Shown: piece after piece, positions 33,486 to 35,525 of the stretch
How the letters are laid out: each line of letters opens with the position of its first letter
How positions within the stretch are numbered: position 1 is the first letter of the stretch
DNA from: Azolla caroliniana
Taxonomy: Eukaryota > Plantae > Polypodiophyta
Direction of reading: 5' to 3'
DNA: 35,525 nucleotides
NCBI GenBank assembly: GCA_043228905.1
Contig: JBHGNT010000315.1
Span: forward strand, 1-35,525
Program-made: the position numbers and the translations under genes
The notes under the pieces: generated by a model
Database searches by the model: none
What the model was told of the DNA's origin: nothing
What the model saw: the letters and a program-made list of their open reading frames with translations, nothing else

Positions 33486-34354
33486 ATAGTACATAAACCT
33501 TGTTCAAATTATTCTCGTGGTCTCTCTCTAATTTCTCGTAAGTGTTTACGAACAAGTGCGTCTCCCCAATCGCGCATTACACCCACACGAACGTAAACAC
33601 GAGCACCAACGTCCCTCCAACACGAACGTAAACACGAGCACCAACGCATAGAATTTGCCTATAGGGACCGCAAACCACCCAAACGGAAAAAAAAACATCA
33701 AAGCAGGACACCCATACCGCACACGCCACGGCAACGGCTAAGGCTAAGGTCAACTTGTACACGCGGCGAATGTGAACTTGCTTCCACACTTGCCCGATAG
33801 GACACTCCTAGTGTGGTAGTCCGGTTAGCTTTCCTTGTCGTCGTCGTTACCAACCCCTCGTCCGTCCGAACGAGCGAGTACGGACACCGGTCTATCTACG
33901 TTCATCGATGTAGCACACTCGGGAGCCACCACTCGTCCCGCAGTAGCCTCCGCGTGCTTAGTGTCTCGGCACTAGCGCGTTCTAGTTTAATGTGCACGTG
34001 CCCGCACACCCCTACGCGCACGCGCGAGTGCGCACATTTACCTATGTATGTATAAATGTTATGTTGCTCGACAAGCTCTCGCGCGAGGAGGAGGAGTACC
34101 CGCTACAGGTTGCGCCCAGATTGTCTGGTGACAATACGACACCTAGGACTAGCCTAGACGTGTGGGAGGGTGGACTAGTTGGTATGGGTCTTGGGCAAGA
34201 GTTGTACGCAGGACACACACGTTATGGTAATGGGAGTGGTGAGTGACATGCATGTGCTCTGATTGCATGGCCATGTGTATATATCAAAGGTGGAGGGAGC
34301 AATGTCAATACAATCCATTAGGAGACAAGCACCGGGATCATAAGGACAATCGCA

Positions 34355-35140
34355 ATGGCAAAGCTTACTTCCGTATTCCTCATGGCCGTGATCATGCTCG
34401 CCGCGTGTACCGCGGCCAATGCTAGGTCTGTAGGGCGGGACCGTGAAGAGGAGCGACGCGATCGACGTCGTGAGGGAGACATTGACGAGGAGAGGCGCGA
34501 TCGACGCCGAGAGGGGGAGTGCGATGACGAGAGGCGCGAGCGACGTCGTGAGGGGTTCCTTGAGGAGGGGCGCCGCTACAGAGACAACAAGAGAGACTCC
34601 GAAGAGGAAAGGGAACGTCGTAGCCGTGGTCGCGATGAGCCACGTGACGAGGAACTGAGGCGAGAGTGCGGTGATTTCATCGACAAGCAGATCCGAGAGC
34701 TACAAGAGCGCTCCGAAAGAGAGGAAGGTGAACAAGGACGTCGCTCCCCATGGATCGAAAACACTCGATACTCAAGACCCTCGGAACGGTGCTGCAGGAA
34801 CGTCGAACGAATCCCCGCCGAAGATCGATGCGATCGCCTACGTGATGCCTTGTATGCTGACGAGGAGGAACGACGCAATGATGAAGGCCGACGCCATGGC
34901 CAACAATCAAGGGAACACCGTAGCTGGGAGGAAGAGGACGAGGAGCGCGAGAGAGATAGCAGCCGTGAGCGACGAGAGGGTGACGAACGCCGCCACCGCA
35001 TGTCTCGACGACAAGAGGACGAACGTCAACAACGTCGCCAATTCAAGGCCGATGACGAGGAAAGAGCTCTAGGCGTCGCCGCCTCCCGCCTACTCCAACA
35101 GTGCGATCTTCGCCCTCGTGCTTGTATTCGTCGCTTCTAA
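34355..35140 (+). CDS. 2S albumin-like storage protein precursor, copy 21
   Basis: Protein identical to copy 1. Confidence 0.88.
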   Translation: MAKLTSVFLMAVIMLAACTAANARSVGRDREEERRDRRREGDIDEERRDRRREGECDDERRERRREGFLEEGRRYRDNKRDSEEERERRSRGRDEPRDEELRRECGDFIDKQIRELQERSEREEGEQGRRSPWIENTRYSRPSERCCRNVERIPAEDRCDRLRDALYADEEERRNDEGRRHGQQSREHRSWEEEDEERERDSSRERREGDERRHRMSRRQEDERQQRRQFKADDEERALGVAASRLLQQCDLRPRACIRRF

Positions 35141-35525
35141 ATAGTACATAAACCTTGTTCAAATTATTCTCGTGGTCTCTCTCTAATTTCTCGTAAGTGT
35201 TTACGAACAAGTGCGTCTCCCCAATCGCGCATTACACCCACACGAACGTAAACACGAGCACCAACGTCCCTCCAACACGAACGTAAACACGAGCACCAAC
35301 GCATAGAATTTGCCTATAGGGACCGCAAACCACCCAAACGGAAAAAAAAACATCAAAGCAGGACACCCATACCGCACACGCCACGGCAACGGCTAAGGCT
35401 AAGGTCAACTTGTACACGCGGCGAATGTGAACTTGCTTCCACACTTGCCCGATAGGACACTCCTAGTGTGGTAGTCCGGTTAGCTTTCCTTGTCGTCGTC
35501 GTTACCAACCCCTCGTCCGTCCGAA

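Larger units (their letters stand above)
1..35525 (+). repeat. Tandem gene array (macrosatellite), 1,655-bp unit, about 21.5 near-identical head-to-tail copies, extending beyond both window edges
   Basis: All ORFs recur at exact 1,655-bp intervals (ATG at 1255, 2910, ... 34355); position 1 equals position 1656; only isolated substitutions and no indels were seen between units. Confidence 0.99.

Noticed and set aside
1-35525. Rolling-circle/concatemer artefact, transgene array or circular replicon
   Set aside because: Variants are shared in positional blocks rather than scattered, and no vector, marker, Rep or transposase sequence is recognisable. The exact copy number still needs read-level confirmation

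Overview
The whole 35.5-kb window is a head-to-tail tandem array of a 1,655-bp unit (about 21.5 units, running off both edges). Each unit holds one intronless 786-bp + strand ORF (261 aa) and an 869-bp spacer. The protein has an N-terminal signal peptide, is extremely Arg/Glu/Asp-rich (hand count about 68 R, 49 E, 25 D), and has a Cys skeleton (C105..C146C147..C159..C250..C257) matching plant 2S albumin / prolamin-superfamily storage proteins. It appears to lack the canonical C1-C5 disulfide pair and carries large charged insertions. The spacer has a seed/spore-maturation-type promoter (RY CATGCATG, G-box/ABRE-like sites, TATA). Copies are nearly identical: I found 9 variant unit positions by eye and no indels, and the shared variants fall in positional blocks, as expected from recent amplification or concerted evolution. 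Best reading: a satellite/rDNA-like amplified array of intact, nitrogen-rich storage-protein genes in a land plant. The lineage cannot be determined from the sequence, and the family assignment rests on remembered motifs, not a database search.
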